From: Novakomyces olei
Taxonomy: Eukaryota
Assembly: GCA_016906335.1 (NCBI GenBank)
Contig: JADEYG010000001.1
Span: 930,001 to 994,000 of the forward strand
Direction of reading: 5' to 3'
Length of the DNA stretch: 64,000 nt
Positions 10,526 through 25,887 of the stretch are shown here, one piece after another. Below the pieces are notes generated by a model. It was not told the origin of the DNA and made no database searches. It saw nothing but the letters and a program-made list of their open reading frames with translations. How positions within the stretch are numbered: position 1 is the stretch's first letter; the number at the start of each line of letters is the position of its first letter. A program made the translations under genes and the position numbers.

Positions 10526-10743
10526 CTTTTATACGCTCCAAATGCCTCCACCCGCGTCTCGCACATTTTGACAGTCTGTCCTCCTTATCATCGGTCCGTG
10601 CCGTGAACTCTATAACCTGCCTAAATAGGCAGCTGCTAGAAGTATTCGGCAACAGCGTATAGTGTGCCTGCTGCACTCTGCCAGCCAATCACGGAGCGAA
10701 ATTAGACAGGTCAGGGTGGTTTCGAGAGGTAGCGTCGCTTATC
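10526..10743 (-). promoter_or_regulatory. Putative NCS1 promoter: TATAAAAG box and two GATAAG (nitrogen GATA-factor) sites
   Basis: On the minus strand, TATAAAAG at 10533-10526 (~50 nt before the ATG) and GATAAG at 10589-10584 and 10743-10738. Confidence 0.5.
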
Positions 10744-10886
10744 TGTTTAAGCGACAGACTCTACATATTTGTCTTGGCGGCGCATAAATAGGGTTGACTG
10801 TGCGAGTCTTTTGTCATTATTACTGCTCAGAGTCTTACAATGCGCCTGCAATGGACAGTCTCCTTGTTTTGTTAGTTATTTATTTT

Positions 10887-11068
10887 TTAATTATATTAAT
10901 TATATTAATAATTATATTAATTATATTAATTATATTAATTATATTAATTATATTAATTATATTAATTATATTAATTATATTAATTATCAACTATATAAAT
11001 TATTATTAAATTAATTAAATTAATTATTAATTATAAATTATAAATTAAATCAATTAAATTAATTATAT
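10887..11068. repeat. Almost pure A/T 9-bp repeat (TTAATTATA)n with degenerate flanks
   Basis: Read directly from the sequence. Confidence 0.9.
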
Positions 11069-11877
11069 ATCTACGATAAACAGGTTGGAGCTGGTCCATA
11101 GATGCAGTACATAGCTGATGAAATAGGTTTGTAGAGTTGACAAGGGGCCGTGCGAATAGGCAGCTCGTACGCGGTCCTTGTCTGATACACAGATGCTGTT
11201 CCACGACGGCTATCATTTAATTTCCGACTTGTCGTCTACGCCGCCTGTAAACCTTAAACTGCCGTAGTCGAGCAAAAGCCATGCTGCATGGTTCTCATGC
11301 AGACCGCAGCAGGTCAAGGGTAAAAGCGTCCTTACTATTCACGGCAAATATCGTTATTATTCATGGGCAAAATATTGGCTTGAACTTGGAAAACTTTGGC
11401 ACAGTTAACATACAATATGTGAAACAATGAGAGACGTGAAACAAGTCAAGCCTTGCAGTCTGCAATACACACTGCCGATTGGCGTCTACCTTTGACTGCT
11501 ACATCCCTGAACGACGTTTTAATTTTGATAAGCTGACTCAAACAAGGAGTGTCTTGGATTAGACTTTATGTATATGGAGCAAGTTGCAAAAGTTGGCTCG
11601 TTTAATGTGCCTTGACCTGTTGGGGGTTTCTTCAATTTCATAGTTTGATTATGTTGTAGTGTCAGAACCCAGAAAAGTGGTAATTAAAAACACGATAAAA
11701 TTAGAATAATAGAATAGTTTAATAATAAAATAAGTTAATAACCTGATAATTTAACCAGGATTCTCGGGTGTAGCGTTACTTACCTGGCCATAAACCAGAT
11801 TCACGTAACAAGACAAGTGTGCGTGTCGCGCGGTCGGGAGAGACACGAAATCTGTAATTGCTCAAACAGCGCCAATT

Positions 11878-14434
11878 ATGGCGGTATCAAAACCAGAAGG
11901 CGCCCATTCTTCACAGGGCTCTTCTCCCACTCAAGATATCTCGAGTCCAGGAGGAAGATCCTACGTGTCGTCCAAGAGTTTACGGCACCGTAACGTTCCG
12001 TCTTTGGGAAGCGAGGAGAAAGAGGCTGTAGCTGGCGCAGAAGGGACGGACGGGGATACTGGAAAAGCCAAACAAGAAAAGAGGGAAAGCATCAAAGAGG
12101 CAGAATTTGATGAGAAAGATGCACAAAAATTGCAAAAAAAACGTAGACAGGTACAATCAATTATTTGCTCTTTTGCCTTTATTTCTATTCCAATTATTCA
12201 ATTGCCCTTTGCTATTCTGAGCATGCATTGCGGCCATCTTTTAACCTTTTTGCCCTGCCTGCTTTTGCTTTTACCGCTCTCAAATCCTCTTTTTTGAATC
12301 AAATTGCCTCCAATTACGTGCCCAAACGCGTATGCTAACCTTTGCTATCCAGGTGGCGTACAGTTTTTGGATCTATTACGTACTTGCTCCCCTACTATTA
12401 ACGGCAGCCTCACTATTCACTCGTCTCTACCGCATCGGGGATTCCCGTATCGTTGTATGGGATGAAGCACATTTTGGCAAATTCGCTTCATACTACCTGA
12501 AACGCGAGTTTTATTTCGATGTTCATCCACCTTTGGGCAAAATGATAAACGGCCTGGCTGGCTGGCTGGCCGGGTACGACGGTTCATTTGAATTTGATTC
12601 AGGGCATGCGTATCCTGAAGGCTTGAATTTTGTGTTTATGCGTGTTGTGAATGCGTTATTTGGAGCTTTTTGTGTACCCCTATCCTACTTTACTGCTCTT
12701 GATTTCGGAATGTCGCCTGCCGCGGCTGCTTTAGCAGCCAGCCTGGTTCTTTTTGACAACTCCTTTGCCACTATCTCAAGATTTATTCTGCTGGATAGCA
12801 TGCTCCTCTTTTTCTCGGCTACCACCATGTTTTGCCTGGGCAGGTACCATCACTACCGCAATGTTCCCTTCACGCTTCGCTGGTACAAATGGCTCGCTAT
12901 TACCGGTATCAGTATGGGCTGTGTCGTGAGTATCAAATGGATTGGGCTGTTCGCTATTGCTGTCGTCGGCCTCTATACTGTGGACGAATTATGGGACAGA
13001 TTGTCGGACTACCGAATGCCCAAGGTGGAGTATGCACTGCACTGGTTCTGGCGAGCTCTTTTCTTGATTGCAATGCCAATTGCAGTGTACATTTTTACGT
13101 TTTGGGTTCATTTCTCCATCCTCGAGAACAGTGGGCCCGGTGACGCACAAATGTCATCACTTTTCCAGGCTAATTTGAACGGCAGCGAGTTGGGCGATGC
13201 TCCATTAGAGGCAATTATTGGCAGCCGGGTTACCATCAAAAATATGGGCTACGGCGGAGGCCTATTGCATTCACACGTGCAAACTTATCCCGAGGGCTCT
13301 CAGCAACAACAGGTAACTTGCTATCATCACAAGGACCAGAACAATGACTGGTTCTTCTACCCCAACAGATTCGACAGCGATTACGATCCCGAGAGCAATG
13401 TGCTGAGGCACATTGGCGATGGGGACACGGTGAGATTAGTTCATGCTCTAACAGGCCGAAACTTGCACACTCACGAAATTGCGGCGCCCGTGACTAAAGA
13501 CCAGTGGGAGGTTTCTGGCTATGGAAATCTTACAATTGGCGATGACAAGGACCACTGGCAGGTGGAAGTAGTAGACGATATTTATTCCCGTGACCATAGT
13601 CGCATTCGTACGCTAACGAGTACCCTAAGGTTCCGTAACCCCGTACTTGGCTGTTACCTGAGAGCCGCCAATAAGAATCTGCCTCAGTGGGGATTTAAGC
13701 AGATTGAAGTTACGTGTGATCGGGAAAACAACCCCAAGGATAGTTATACGCATTGGAACATTGAATCCCACTGGAACGATCGACTGCCAAAGTCTGATGC
13801 GAGAGCTTTCAAATCATCTTTTCTACGTGATTTTATACACTTGAATGTGGCCATGTGGACGTCGAACAACGCGCTTGTTCCTGACCCAGACAAGGCGGAC
13901 TATTTGGCCAGTCAGCCCTGGCAATGGCCTCTTGCCTCCATTGCCCTGAGGATGTGTGGATGGGGCGATGATAATATAAAGTACTTGATGGTGGGAAATC
14001 CCGTTGTTTATTATTTAGCTTTTACTGCTCTTCTGTTTCTCGCTCTTGCTGGGTCTTTTTACCTCCTTCGCTGGCAAAGAGGTTGCAGAGATTTGAGCCA
14101 GACACAGTTTTACTTCCTGCGCTACGGAGCCCTATACATTTGCCTGGCCTGGGCCCTGCACTACCTGCCTTTTTATATTATGGGGCGTGTATTGTACATT
14201 CACCACTATGAACCAGCTCTTTATTTCGGTATTCTGGCCGCTGCTGCTGCCTTTGAACACGTGGCAGAGCGGCTAAAGCTGAGAGCAGGAGTGCGTTACA
14301 TTATAGCCGGAGTGCTGTCTATAATTTCCGGCAGTGTTTTTGTATGGATGCTTCCAGTGACCTTGGGCATGCGAGGTCCTGCACAAGATTACGCACGCCT
14401 TCAGTTGAATAAGAATTGGAAAGTCTTCGACTAG
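11878..14434 (+). CDS. PMT2: Dolichyl-phosphate-mannose:protein O-mannosyltransferase, PMT2 subfamily; exons 11878-12150, 12353-14434
   Basis: VVWDEAHFGKF..FDVHPPLGKM, the MIR-domain LLHSHVQTYPEGSQQQQVTCYHHKD, and GRVLYIHHY. The intron GTACAA..GCTAAC..CCAG keeps the frame. Confidence 0.92.
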
Positions 14435-15611
14435 CGAGTGGATCAATTAAAAAAAGAAGCCGTAGCAAAAATCGATTAAGAGTGGGATAAAGAGAAAAAG
14501 ACAAAGAGGAGGATCAAGAACGAAACTGAGAATATTGCAAAGTTCGAAATTGGGAAGATTTGAAAATCATAAAGAACCATATACAGAATAACAGTTGCCA
14601 CATATAATGCTTTAATATTAATAAGCAGAGTTTTACATATACATACACTATTTCACTAAAGACAGTAAAGTATGGCGAATGCTGAAGTTGGATGTATTGC
14701 CCGATAAATATTGTCCTGTTTGAAAGATTGAAGTCGGAAACAGAAACGACCATCAGTAGACACCGAATTTCTGAGTGTTTAAGTTAGTACCTGCTTCAAA
14801 CTTGATTAGGATTGTCTCCTAAGATTTGGCTTTATATATTAATGATCGTGGTCTCCTGAAATTAGGACAGCGTAGTATATTATGCGCACGTTACCGAATG
14901 CCCAAATATAGCATCTCAACAACGTTTGCCGGTAAACTAGACGACAATGGCAGCACTCTTGCTATCAAAAGTCACAGAGCTTTATTTGTAAAATCATAAT
15001 TGCTAAAGCAAAATGCTAATAGTCAGGCCTTCGGTATTATCAATACAAGAATCACCCTATTATGTAGATGTAGAGGTCCGTCAAGACGGCAACACGACGG
15101 TTGTGGTATGAAAACTGAAGGATTAAACAGTAGCTGAATGAACAAAACAGCAGCGGAGAAAACCGTTACCCCCTGGCTTGACAAATGCAGAACGTAATGT
15201 ACTGCGAAGCGTGAAGCGCAAAGCCTACCGACTAGACGAACAGCAGCTGACTTGCTGCTGTCATACGAGATCAGGCTGGTCTTCTGTCATTGGCATTATG
15301 CCGTTCATCGGTAATTAAGCGCAATAATATTATCATCTCCTCTTCGCTTGCTAAGTCCAGGTGCTGTGATCAATGTCTGGTTGTCTGTATCTATCATTGC
15401 TCGAGCAAAAGATGCACGCCTCACAGCCTGGATATTGTTGCAAATGTACTTGAACATTGCTTTAGGGTTTGCAGTAAGTGATTGTAGTTTTTTAGCTAAT
15501 CCGGCAGATTAGAATGATCCCTTTAGCAGGCAATTTGATGTGTTATGGTATGACGTTTTCTTTGATTTGTTGACGTTTTGTAATATGTATTATCGTCTCG
15601 TTTTCTGATCC

Positions 15612-15752
15612 AATCATTTTCAATCAATCAATCATTTTCAATCAATCAATCATTTTCAATCAATCAATCATTTTCAATCAATCAATCATTTTCAATCAAT
15701 CAATCATTTTCAATCAATCAATCAATCATTTTCAATCAATCATTCAATCATT
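15612..15752. repeat. 18-bp repeat (ATCAATCAATCATTTTCA)n, about 7 copies
   Basis: Read directly from the sequence. Confidence 0.9.
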
Positions 15753-15982
15753 CAGCTCAATTCTGATTCAAATTAATTCAATTTCGTATCGCAACTCATT
15801 CAAAGCTGTTTTCCGCTGCAATACAAGGAATTGTATTCTACTCGAGCAGACACTCTGTGAACGCGGACGATCGCGGCTAGCATATGTTTGTAACAACTGC
15901 CGTTACTGCTACTTACCATCTTAGAATCCGACCTTGTCTGTGACGGCAACGTATGATCAGAGTCCACACGGTTGACGGGACG

Positions 15983-16088
15983 TATATAAGGCAGTGGAAT
16001 ATAAAGGCGGTGAATATAAAGCAGTGGAATATAAAGGCGGTGGAATATAAAAGCAGTGGAATATAGAAGCAGCGGAATATAAAAGCAT
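15983..16088 (+). repeat. ~15-bp repeat GGAATATAAA(G/A)GC(A/G)GT, about 7 copies, upstream of HSP70
   Basis: Read directly; most units carry TATAAA. Confidence 0.85.
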
Positions 16089-16330
16089 ATTACGGTGGAC
16101 ATTTGCTCAAGGCGGTATGAATTTATAGTGAAATTATTATTATTGGCCGATTCAAGCAGCCAACGGTACTACAAAATTGTGAGCGGCGGTTTAGTACGGA
16201 AATGGGTAATAAATAATCACGCAGTCAACGGCCGTAGATCACGTGCGTACGATAACGTAGCCACACACTAGATTACTTTACAATCGTTCACTCGCAATTA
16301 CGTAGTGTGTCTACATACTGTATGTGTCAA

Positions 16331-16443
16331 GTAACTTCTTTATAATTCTGCGATTTTCTGTATGATTCGCCGGTCGAAGGCGAAAGAACAAGTGCTGCAT
16401 ATTATATCCCGTCGCACTTCCGTATGGTGATAATATATAAAGA
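16331..16443 (+). promoter_or_regulatory. Putative step-type heat-shock element plus TATA box of HSP70
   Basis: TTC at 16336, 16346, 16356 and 16366 (exact 10-bp phasing); TATATAAA at about 16434-16441. Confidence 0.55.
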
Positions 16444-16526
16444 CCAAACTCCCGCTGCCCAAAGCCTCTCCAAAATTACCATTGTAACCCTCTGTCTCGA
16501 GACATTTACAACAAGTATATTTCATC

Positions 16527-18470
16527 ATGACAAAAGCAATTGGTATTGATTTGGGTACGACGTACTCCTGCGTGGGCGTTTTCCAGAACGAGCGGGTTGA
16601 GATTATTGCCAATGACCAGGGTAACCGTACAACCCCGTCATACGTCGCTTTCACTACGGAAGAGCGTCTTATCGGCGACGCTGCCAAGAATCAGGTGGCA
16701 TTGAACCCTCACAATACCGTCTTTGACGCGAAGCGGTTGATTGGCCGCAATTTTAACGATCCCGAAGTGCAGGCGGACATGAAGCATTGGCCTTTCAAGG
16801 TCATTGACAAGGGCAACAAGCCCGTCATTGAGGTCGAGTACAAGGGCGAGTCTAAGCAGTTCACTCCCGAGGAAATCTCGTCTATGGTGCTGACAAAGAT
16901 GCGCGATACCGCTGAGGCTTACCTCGGTGGCAAGGTCAAGGACGCCGTTGTTACCGTACCCGCATACTTTAACGACTCTCAGCGCCAGGCTACTAAAGAC
17001 GCTGGCCTTATTGCTGGCCTCAACGTTTTGCGTATCATCAACGAGCCCACTGCCGCTGCTATTGCCTACGGCCTGGACAAGCGTGAAAAGGGCGAGCGCA
17101 ATGTTATCATCTTTGATCTCGGAGGTGGTACCTTTGATGTTTCGCTGCTCACTATTGAGGAGGGCATCTTTGAGGTAAAGGCCACTGCCGGCGATACCCA
17201 CTTGGGCGGTGAAGACTTTGACTCTCGTCTCGTAACGCACTTTATCAACGAGTTTAAGCGCAAAAACAAGAAGGATCTGTCTGGCAATGCCCGCTCTGTC
17301 CGCCGTCTGCGTACTGCTTGCGAGCGTGCAAAGCGTACCCTTTCTTCCTCTGCACAAACCTCTATTGAGATTGACTCGCTGTACGAGGGCGTTGACTTTT
17401 ATACCTCTATTACTCGCGCCCGCTTTGAGGAGCTTTGCGCTGATCTGTTCCGCTCTACTATGGAGCCGGTTGAGCGTGTACTGCGCGATTCCAAGATTGA
17501 CAAGTCTTCTGTCAACGAGATTGTGTTGGTCGGTGGCTCCACCCGTATCCCGCGTATCCAGAAACTGGTCTCTGATTTTTTCAATGGCAAAGAGGCCAAC
17601 AAGAGCATCAACCCTGACGAGGCTGTTGCCTATGGTGCCGCTGTACAGGCTGCCATCTTGACGGGTGACACTTCAGAAAAGACCCAAGACTTGCTGCTGC
17701 TCGATGTGGCGCCCTTGTCCCTCGGTATTGAGACTGCTGGTGGCGTTATGACCAAGCTGATCCCCCGCAACTCTACTATCCCCACCAAGAAATCAGAAAT
17801 CTTTTCCACCTACGCCGACAACCAGCCCGGTGTGCTTATCCAGGTGTTTGAGGGCGAACGTGCCCGCACAAAGGACTGCAACTTGTTGGGCAAGTTTGAG
17901 CTGTCTGGTATTCCACCTGCCCCACGTGGTGTCCCACAGATTGAGGTCACTTTTGACGTTGATGCCAACTCTATCCTGAACGTATCTGCCATCGAGAAGG
18001 GCACTGGCAAGTCACAAAACATTACAATCACAAACGACAAGGGCCGATTGAGCAAGGAGGAAATTGAGCGCATGGTCTCTGACGCCGAAAAGTACAAGGC
18101 TGATGACGAGGCTGAGGCGTCCCGGATTTCTTCCAAGAACGGGTTGGAGTCTTACGCCTACTCTCTCCGCAACTCGTTGAACGACGACAAGTTGAAGGAC
18201 AAGATTGAGGCCGGCGACAAGGATACTCTCCACAAGGCCGTTGATGAGACTATCTCTTGGCTGGACAGCAACACTACTGCCACCAAGGAAGAGTTTGACT
18301 CGAAGCAAAAGGAGCTGGAGGGTGTTGCCAACCCTATCATGACCCGCGTGTACCAGTCTGCTGGTGCTGGTGCTGGACCCGAGGGTGCCGCTCCAGGCGG
18401 TTTCCCTGGAGCCGGTGGCGCTCCTGGTGCCGGCGGCAGTGAAGGACCCACTGTGGAAGAGGTCGACTAA
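16527..18470 (+). CDS. HSP70: Cytosolic Hsp70 chaperone (SSA type), intronless, 647 aa
   Basis: [32 protein letters not shown], and the C-terminal GPTVEEVD. Confidence 0.99.
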   Translation: MTKAIGIDLGTTYSCVGVFQNERVEIIANDQGNRTTPSYVAFTTEERLIGDAAKNQVALNPHNTVFDAKRLIGRNFNDPEVQADMKHWPFKVIDKGNKPVIEVEYKGESKQFTPEEISSMVLTKMRDTAEAYLGGKVKDAVVTVPAYFNDSQRQATKDAGLIAGLNVLRIINEPTAAAIAYGLDKREKGERNVIIFDLGGGTFDVSLLTIEEGIFEVKATAGDTHLGGEDFDSRLVTHFINEFKRKNKKDLSGNARSVRRLRTACERAKRTLSSSAQTSIEIDSLYEGVDFYTSITRARFEELCADLFRSTMEPVERVLRDSKIDKSSVNEIVLVGGSTRIPRIQKLVSDFFNGKEANKSINPDEAVAYGAAVQAAILTGDTSEKTQDLLLLDVAPLSLGIETAGGVMTKLIPRNSTIPTKKSEIFSTYADNQPGVLIQVFEGERARTKDCNLLGKFELSGIPPAPRGVPQIEVTFDVDANSILNVSAIEKGTGKSQNITITNDKGRLSKEEIERMVSDAEKYKADDEAEASRISSKNGLESYAYSLRNSLNDDKLKDKIEAGDKDTLHKAVDETISWLDSNTTATKEEFDSKQKELEGVANPIMTRVYQSAGAGAGPEGAAPGGFPGAGGAPGAGGSEGPTVEEVD

Positions 18471-19260
18471 ACCCAAAACTTGGTAATAATCAAAAATGAG
18501 CGGAGAAAAAGTTGATTTCTCGACAATTTTTGATTCGCACAACAGAGCATATTTATTTTCCTAATTTTTAATGTCTACTATAAATTTATATTTTTTTCTG
18601 TTAGTTTAGTGGTCGTCCATAATGAGTGTTAATGAACAATTTGTTCTATACAAAATTCCAGAAGTTTGTAGGTAAAAGTGCCCGTTTTCAATTGCGCATC
18701 AAAGAGCCTTTTACATTATTAATGAATCTTAATATTGGTATTATAAGCGCATTTGAACATTATAGAAATATACTGCATAGTATTGTATACCCGTAAAACA
18801 GCAACAAAATCGAGGCGATGGATCGGTCTTGGAATGCTAAAAACAAATACATTTTAGACTTTGTAATTGTTAATTGTTATTGATTAATATCTGCTCAACG
18901 CACATATAGTCTGGTCAGGGTTTTCATATCATTTAATGAAAAATAAATGAATAAAGTTGGTCTTTAGAGTTTGAGTGTATATATATATATATATATGTGT
19001 CCTAAATCGAATATTGGAGTTCATATTTCTAGTTTCATACTGCACACTGCACAGAATTAAAACAAACGAAAAGAAACAAAATTTCTAAAGTAAAAGATTG
19101 GGTTACAGCGTATATATATACTCAAGCCAATAAATATATAAGTAGTTGACTACTGACTAACGATAATAAGAAGAAAAGAGTGAAAAGACAAAATAATATT
19201 ATCAGTGTCTCGATTAGATAGACGCCAATAAAAAATAAATTTTAAACATAGCGTTTGATA

Positions 19261-20634
19261 ATGGTCGCTGCGCCAGAGCATACGCCTCGGCAAGACCGGC
19301 TGCTGCGCTTTCAAGGCCACCACTACTTTCGGCAACGCCTCGTCTTCTCTATCCTGTCGCGGCGGCCTGTTCGCATCGAGGGCATTCGGGCAAACGATGC
19401 TTCGCCTGGGCTCAAAGGTGGGTTACTGCTTTAGACGATCCCCTATCGACAGCTTGAGCTTTCGACCCTTTGCTCTTTTTATTAGCGGAATTTTACTATT
19501 TTAATTCATGATAATCTATTTTCTATTAATTCTATTCTCTATTCTCTATTCATTCGATCATTGGCGTGTCTGACTCGTCTTTTATTACTCGTCTTTTATG
19601 ACTTTCTAATCGCAGACTACGAGATCAAGTTTCTACGGTTGCTGGACGCACTGACGAACGGAACAGCCTTTGAAATATCGTACACGGGCACTACAGTATA
19701 CGTGCGCCCCGGCCGTATACAAGGAGGCGCGGTAGATGTGGATTGTGGCACTCGGCCGTTGGGATACTTTATAGAAGGTGTATTACCACTTTTACCCTGG
19801 GGCAAAAGCACTGCTCAGTTAAATCTGCACGGCGTCACCCTCGGCAGCGAATGCGACCCGAGTGTTGACCTGGTACGCACTGCCCTTTTGCCTCCATTAA
19901 AAGCCCAGCTTGCTCTGAGCGATGAATTGGAGCTGAGAATATTAAAACGAGCTGCCGGTAATGCTCCTCCAAAAGCAAACGCCTCTCTACCATCCAACTC
20001 TGGACAAGTATTGCTTGTCTGCCCAATCGTTAAGCAGTCATTCCCGACTCTGCACTGGCTCGATCCCGGACGGATACAAAGGATCCGTGGAATCGCCAGT
20101 ACTGTACGCGTTTCTCCAGCAATTGCCACCCGGCTAGTCGAGTCGGCACGTGGAGTATTGAACCGGTTTATCCCTGATATATACATCTATACGGACGTAC
20201 GACACGGCGCGGAGGCAGCAGGCACCCAGCCCGCCTGGGCACTGACGCTCGTGGCTGAAAGCACGACCGGATGCGTAGCCACGGCTGAGGCGCAAAGCTC
20301 AGCGGGAGCTGTTCCGGAAGACGTTGCACGTGACTGCGCCCGGGCACTGCTGACAGCCGTACGTGGGGGTGGCTGTGTAGACGCTTCACAGTTGCGCATG
20401 GTTCTGGCTGCAATGGTGCTGGGCCCACCCGATGTTGGTCGGGTCAGGATTGGAGCGGACCTGCTTACGCCTGGAGTTGTCCAGTACCTGCGGGATATCC
20501 GACAGTTCTTTGGCACCGAGTTCCGAGTACAGCAGGCGCAAAGTGGTTCACAAAACAAGGGAGAAGCGGCAAACGAGGTTATACTGAGCTGCGTTGGAAC
20601 AGGGTTTACGAACGCTAATCGTACAGTGGCCTAG
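19261..20634 (+). CDS. RCL1: RNA 3'-terminal phosphate cyclase-like protein Rcl1 (18S rRNA processing); exons 19261-19417, 19616-20634
   Basis: Exon 1 (missed by the ORF track) reads LRFQGHHYFRQRLVFSILSRRPVRIEGIR..PGLK and splices to DYEIKFLRLLD. Also IRGIA and a C-terminal SCVGTGFTN. Confidence 0.92.
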
Positions 20635-21417
20635 TCTACTAGTGTATTCCGCAGAGCGTAATCTGGATACAGGTCTTGCCTCGGGCAAAAGTATTACTGC
20701 TCACGCTCAGAATAACGCTGTGGCTTTAAAATGCCCAGAGTGTTTAATGGATTTGAACGGGTTCAAGATGAAACAGGTCACTGGTACCAGCATTTGTATT
20801 CATGGGGCGTTATTATTTGGGGGTTGATGTAATACAGGAAGCGTTTTTGTCTGGCCACGCTTGCTACTAATGATACTTTGCATAATGGTACGGCTGCCTC
20901 TGTGAGGCGGCCGGCAGACACTGCTTGGCTCGTGTGCTCGGGCTAGTCTGCGCTACGAGTAAATTTGATGTACAATACCGTTTGAACTGTATCGTGTTTG
21001 ATAAAGTAAAGGACTAGATGTGTAGGTCAATAGTATTGTAAAAAATAATGCAGAGTCATACATTAAATTAAGAAAGGTCGGGACGATGAAACAACCCAAA
21101 AATGCAACAGAAAAATTAAGCACAATGCTGATAAATTGACGGCCAAAACCGATACAAGTAGAACATTTTCAAGTACGTAATACTTTTTTTAATCTTTCAA
21201 GTGCTTCTAATTAATTAATTAATTGATTAATTATTTATTTTTGCGCATATTTATCATAAATTAGTATATCGTTATATTATTTTTAAATATTAATATTAAT
21301 TAACAACCACCATCTGCCGTGGCGCAAACAATACCGCGTACACGACAACAGCAATCAAAGCCGCGGAGCAGATGCATTGATTGTAAATTTTGGCCTAACG
21401 GCAATAAATAGCGCGCT

Positions 21418-23350
21418 ATGAAATTTGCTATTTTCCTCTATTTAGCTGCAATTGCAGCGGCCGTATCGTCTGCCAGCAGAGGAAATGGCGATTACCAAGA
21501 GGAGCTTCGAGTCCGGGCGTTGGACAACAAGTTCGTCTTGCTCTCGTTTGTCTTTGACATAACGGTCGAAGCTCCAAGCGATGCTCCAGCTGCCTTGGCT
21601 TCCAGGCATCAGTCCTTGATACCGCGGCAATTATCACAGATATTACGGGAGACACAGACTCACGAACTGCATCTTCGCTTTTCCCGAGGCCGTTGGCACT
21701 ATGAGCAATGGGGCAGATTACCAGTTAACGGGTCTGCCACGGGCGGCACTGGCGCAGAAATTTGGGCATACATACGGAACGAGGCAGATGACGAGGCAAA
21801 GCCGGCCGACGCGCACAATAAAATTGAGTATCGTCACGGGCCCCGTGACGATACTGAGGTTTCGGGAGGATTATCTTTGGCCGGAATCGAAACGCAAAAT
21901 CAAACGTTCCGGCGCTGGAGGGCACTGGTAAAGGCGCTTTCTGGCCTAACCTGTGCTTCTCTAAACTTCATTGATGAATCACTGACTCACATGCCTCAGT
22001 TTGCCTTTGGAGCGCTTAACGGAAGTATTGCGCCCTCAACACGGCTTTACCACGGGATGCTGCCACAGGAAAGCGTGTGTACCGAAAACTTGACGCCGTT
22101 TATAAAGCTGCTTCCTTGTAAGGGCAAAGCAGGACTGTCTCACTTGCTGGATGGGCACCGACTTTTTAGTTCGCAGTGGCATTCGTTAGCTACTGATGTT
22201 GTTCCCTTGGACGCGAGTGGGAAACACGTTCAGTTTACTCAGCGTATAGACGTCGTTTTTAACGTTGAAAACGCTCTTTTCCTTGCTGAAGCTAGTAGCA
22301 ATACCGATGGTAAAGAGGCCGCTCAGGGTGGAATCTATAATGGGCGTCAGGACAGCTGCGAAGGCGTTCCCGCTGGCACTTTTTGCCTGCTCTACCCTCC
22401 TCAGCAAAAGCAGGTAACGCTTGCTCAATTAACGGGGAAGAAAGTCACTAAAACTTGTCCCATTGCGAGTCGTAGCGAAATAATTGTTGATAACGGGGAG
22501 GGAGTTGAATCATTTCCTATTCTGACTGACGTTAATCTTACCACATCGCCAATGTCGAATGGGCCGGTCTCCTTACTAATTGACCGATCAATGACACGTT
22601 TTGGTGGGGAAAGAGGCGGTGTTGCCTTGAATCTCCGTAATACTTTGGCCAATGAAGCTCTTGACGTCGTTTACTATGAGGCTCTGCCCTGGTTCATGCG
22701 GCCTTACTTGCACACATTAGAACTGAGCGTTAATGGCGCTGCGGTAGCTGACCATTCTACTGTCATTAAGCAGATCTATACACTCCCTTTTATCGATCGT
22801 GTACGCGGGACCCATTTGGAAATGAGACTTTGCATTCCACCCAACGATTTTGTTCAATTGCACTGGGAATTTGATAAGGGTGTTTTGCGATATACAGAGT
22901 ACCCTCCAGATGCTAACCGTGGATTTGATATTCCGTAAGTTTAGAAAAAGGAAATTTAAAATAAATAAAGGAACGCTAGTTCTTGTCTAGTTTTTGTTTC
23001 AAATCTCCCGTTTGAGAAGATTTTCTAGAATTTATACTAATCACAGTGGTGCTTTATTCGCAATATTGGATACAAACGGCAGAGGTGTTGAATTTTATCG
23101 TACAATGCCGCTCTTATTGGCCTTACCAACGCCCGATTTCTCAATGCCGTACAACGTCATCATTTTCACGTCTACACTTTTGGCTTTGACGTTTGGCACG
23201 ATTTTTAACACACTTATTCGTCGATTTGTTGCTGTTTCCGACGTCGAACAGACGCGACAACCTTCACCGCTATCACGTTTATTGTCAATTGTGAAACGAG
23301 AGGACAATCGTACAGAAATTGCGTCCAACGGCCAACAGCGAGAGTCTTGA
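21418..23350 (+). CDS. GPI16: GPI transamidase subunit Gpi16/PIG-T; exons 21418-22934, 23047-23350
   Basis: Signal peptide, ELHLRFSRGRW, LSGLTCASLNFID, ESVCTENLTPFIKLLPC, EYPPDANRGF, LPTPDFSMPYNVI plus a TM helix. Confidence 0.95.
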
Positions 23351-23627
23351 GAAGGCAATTTATACCCTTAATGCTGGCATTGATAATACCCAAGTTTTGT
23401 TCATATCTTTCTTAGAAACTGCTTGTCATGACATATTGATGTGCGTTAATGTGCATCATAGGAATTAATATACGTTTTATTTTGAATCATTTAAATAGGA
23501 AAATGCAGAGTACAGCAAGAGTTGTTCATTCATTAGCTAATTGAATGCTAATTGAACGCTGCACTTGACCCTAATTTTCAAATACTAGTTAACCCCAACG
23601 AGTGAAGAATTAGAATATATTTCACAG

Positions 23628-23742
<115 letters not shown>

Positions 23743-23769
23743 TGTGGCTCTATGCAAAAATCCACAGCA

Positions 23770-25544
<1,775 letters not shown>

Positions 25545-25597
25545 CAAATATGGCAGAGGGAGTACAAGGAATAATGCTTGTGATTAATTAAACTAAC

Positions 25598-25721
25598 TAA
25601 ATTAAATTAAATTAAATTAAATTAAATTAAATTAAATTAAATTAAATTAAATTAAATTAAATTAAATTAAATTAAATTAAATTAAATTAAATTAAATTAA
25701 ATTAAATTAAATTAAATTAAA
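25598..25721. repeat. (AAATT)n pentanucleotide repeat, about 25 copies, between the convergent RVB2 and LIN1 genes
   Basis: Read directly from the sequence. Confidence 0.95.
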
Positions 25722-25887
25722 TGAAAACAAAGTTTCAATTAGAGACTGCATTACTACATTCACCTTATATCTACATGCACAATGCTACATCTTGGACTAA
25801 ACACTAGATTCATTTTCGTATACACAACTTTTATTCGCTAATCGGCCAGAGCCCAACGTATAGACGACTGTAAGCTCTCGCACAATG

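Noticed and set aside
14514..16102. Possible hidden gene between PMT2 and HSP70
   Set aside because: Only short, low-information ORFs, partly derived from repeats.
17692..17703. Alternative yeast genetic code (CUG reassignment)
   Set aside because: CTG codons fall at invariant Leu positions (Hsp70 DLLLLDV), supporting the standard code.
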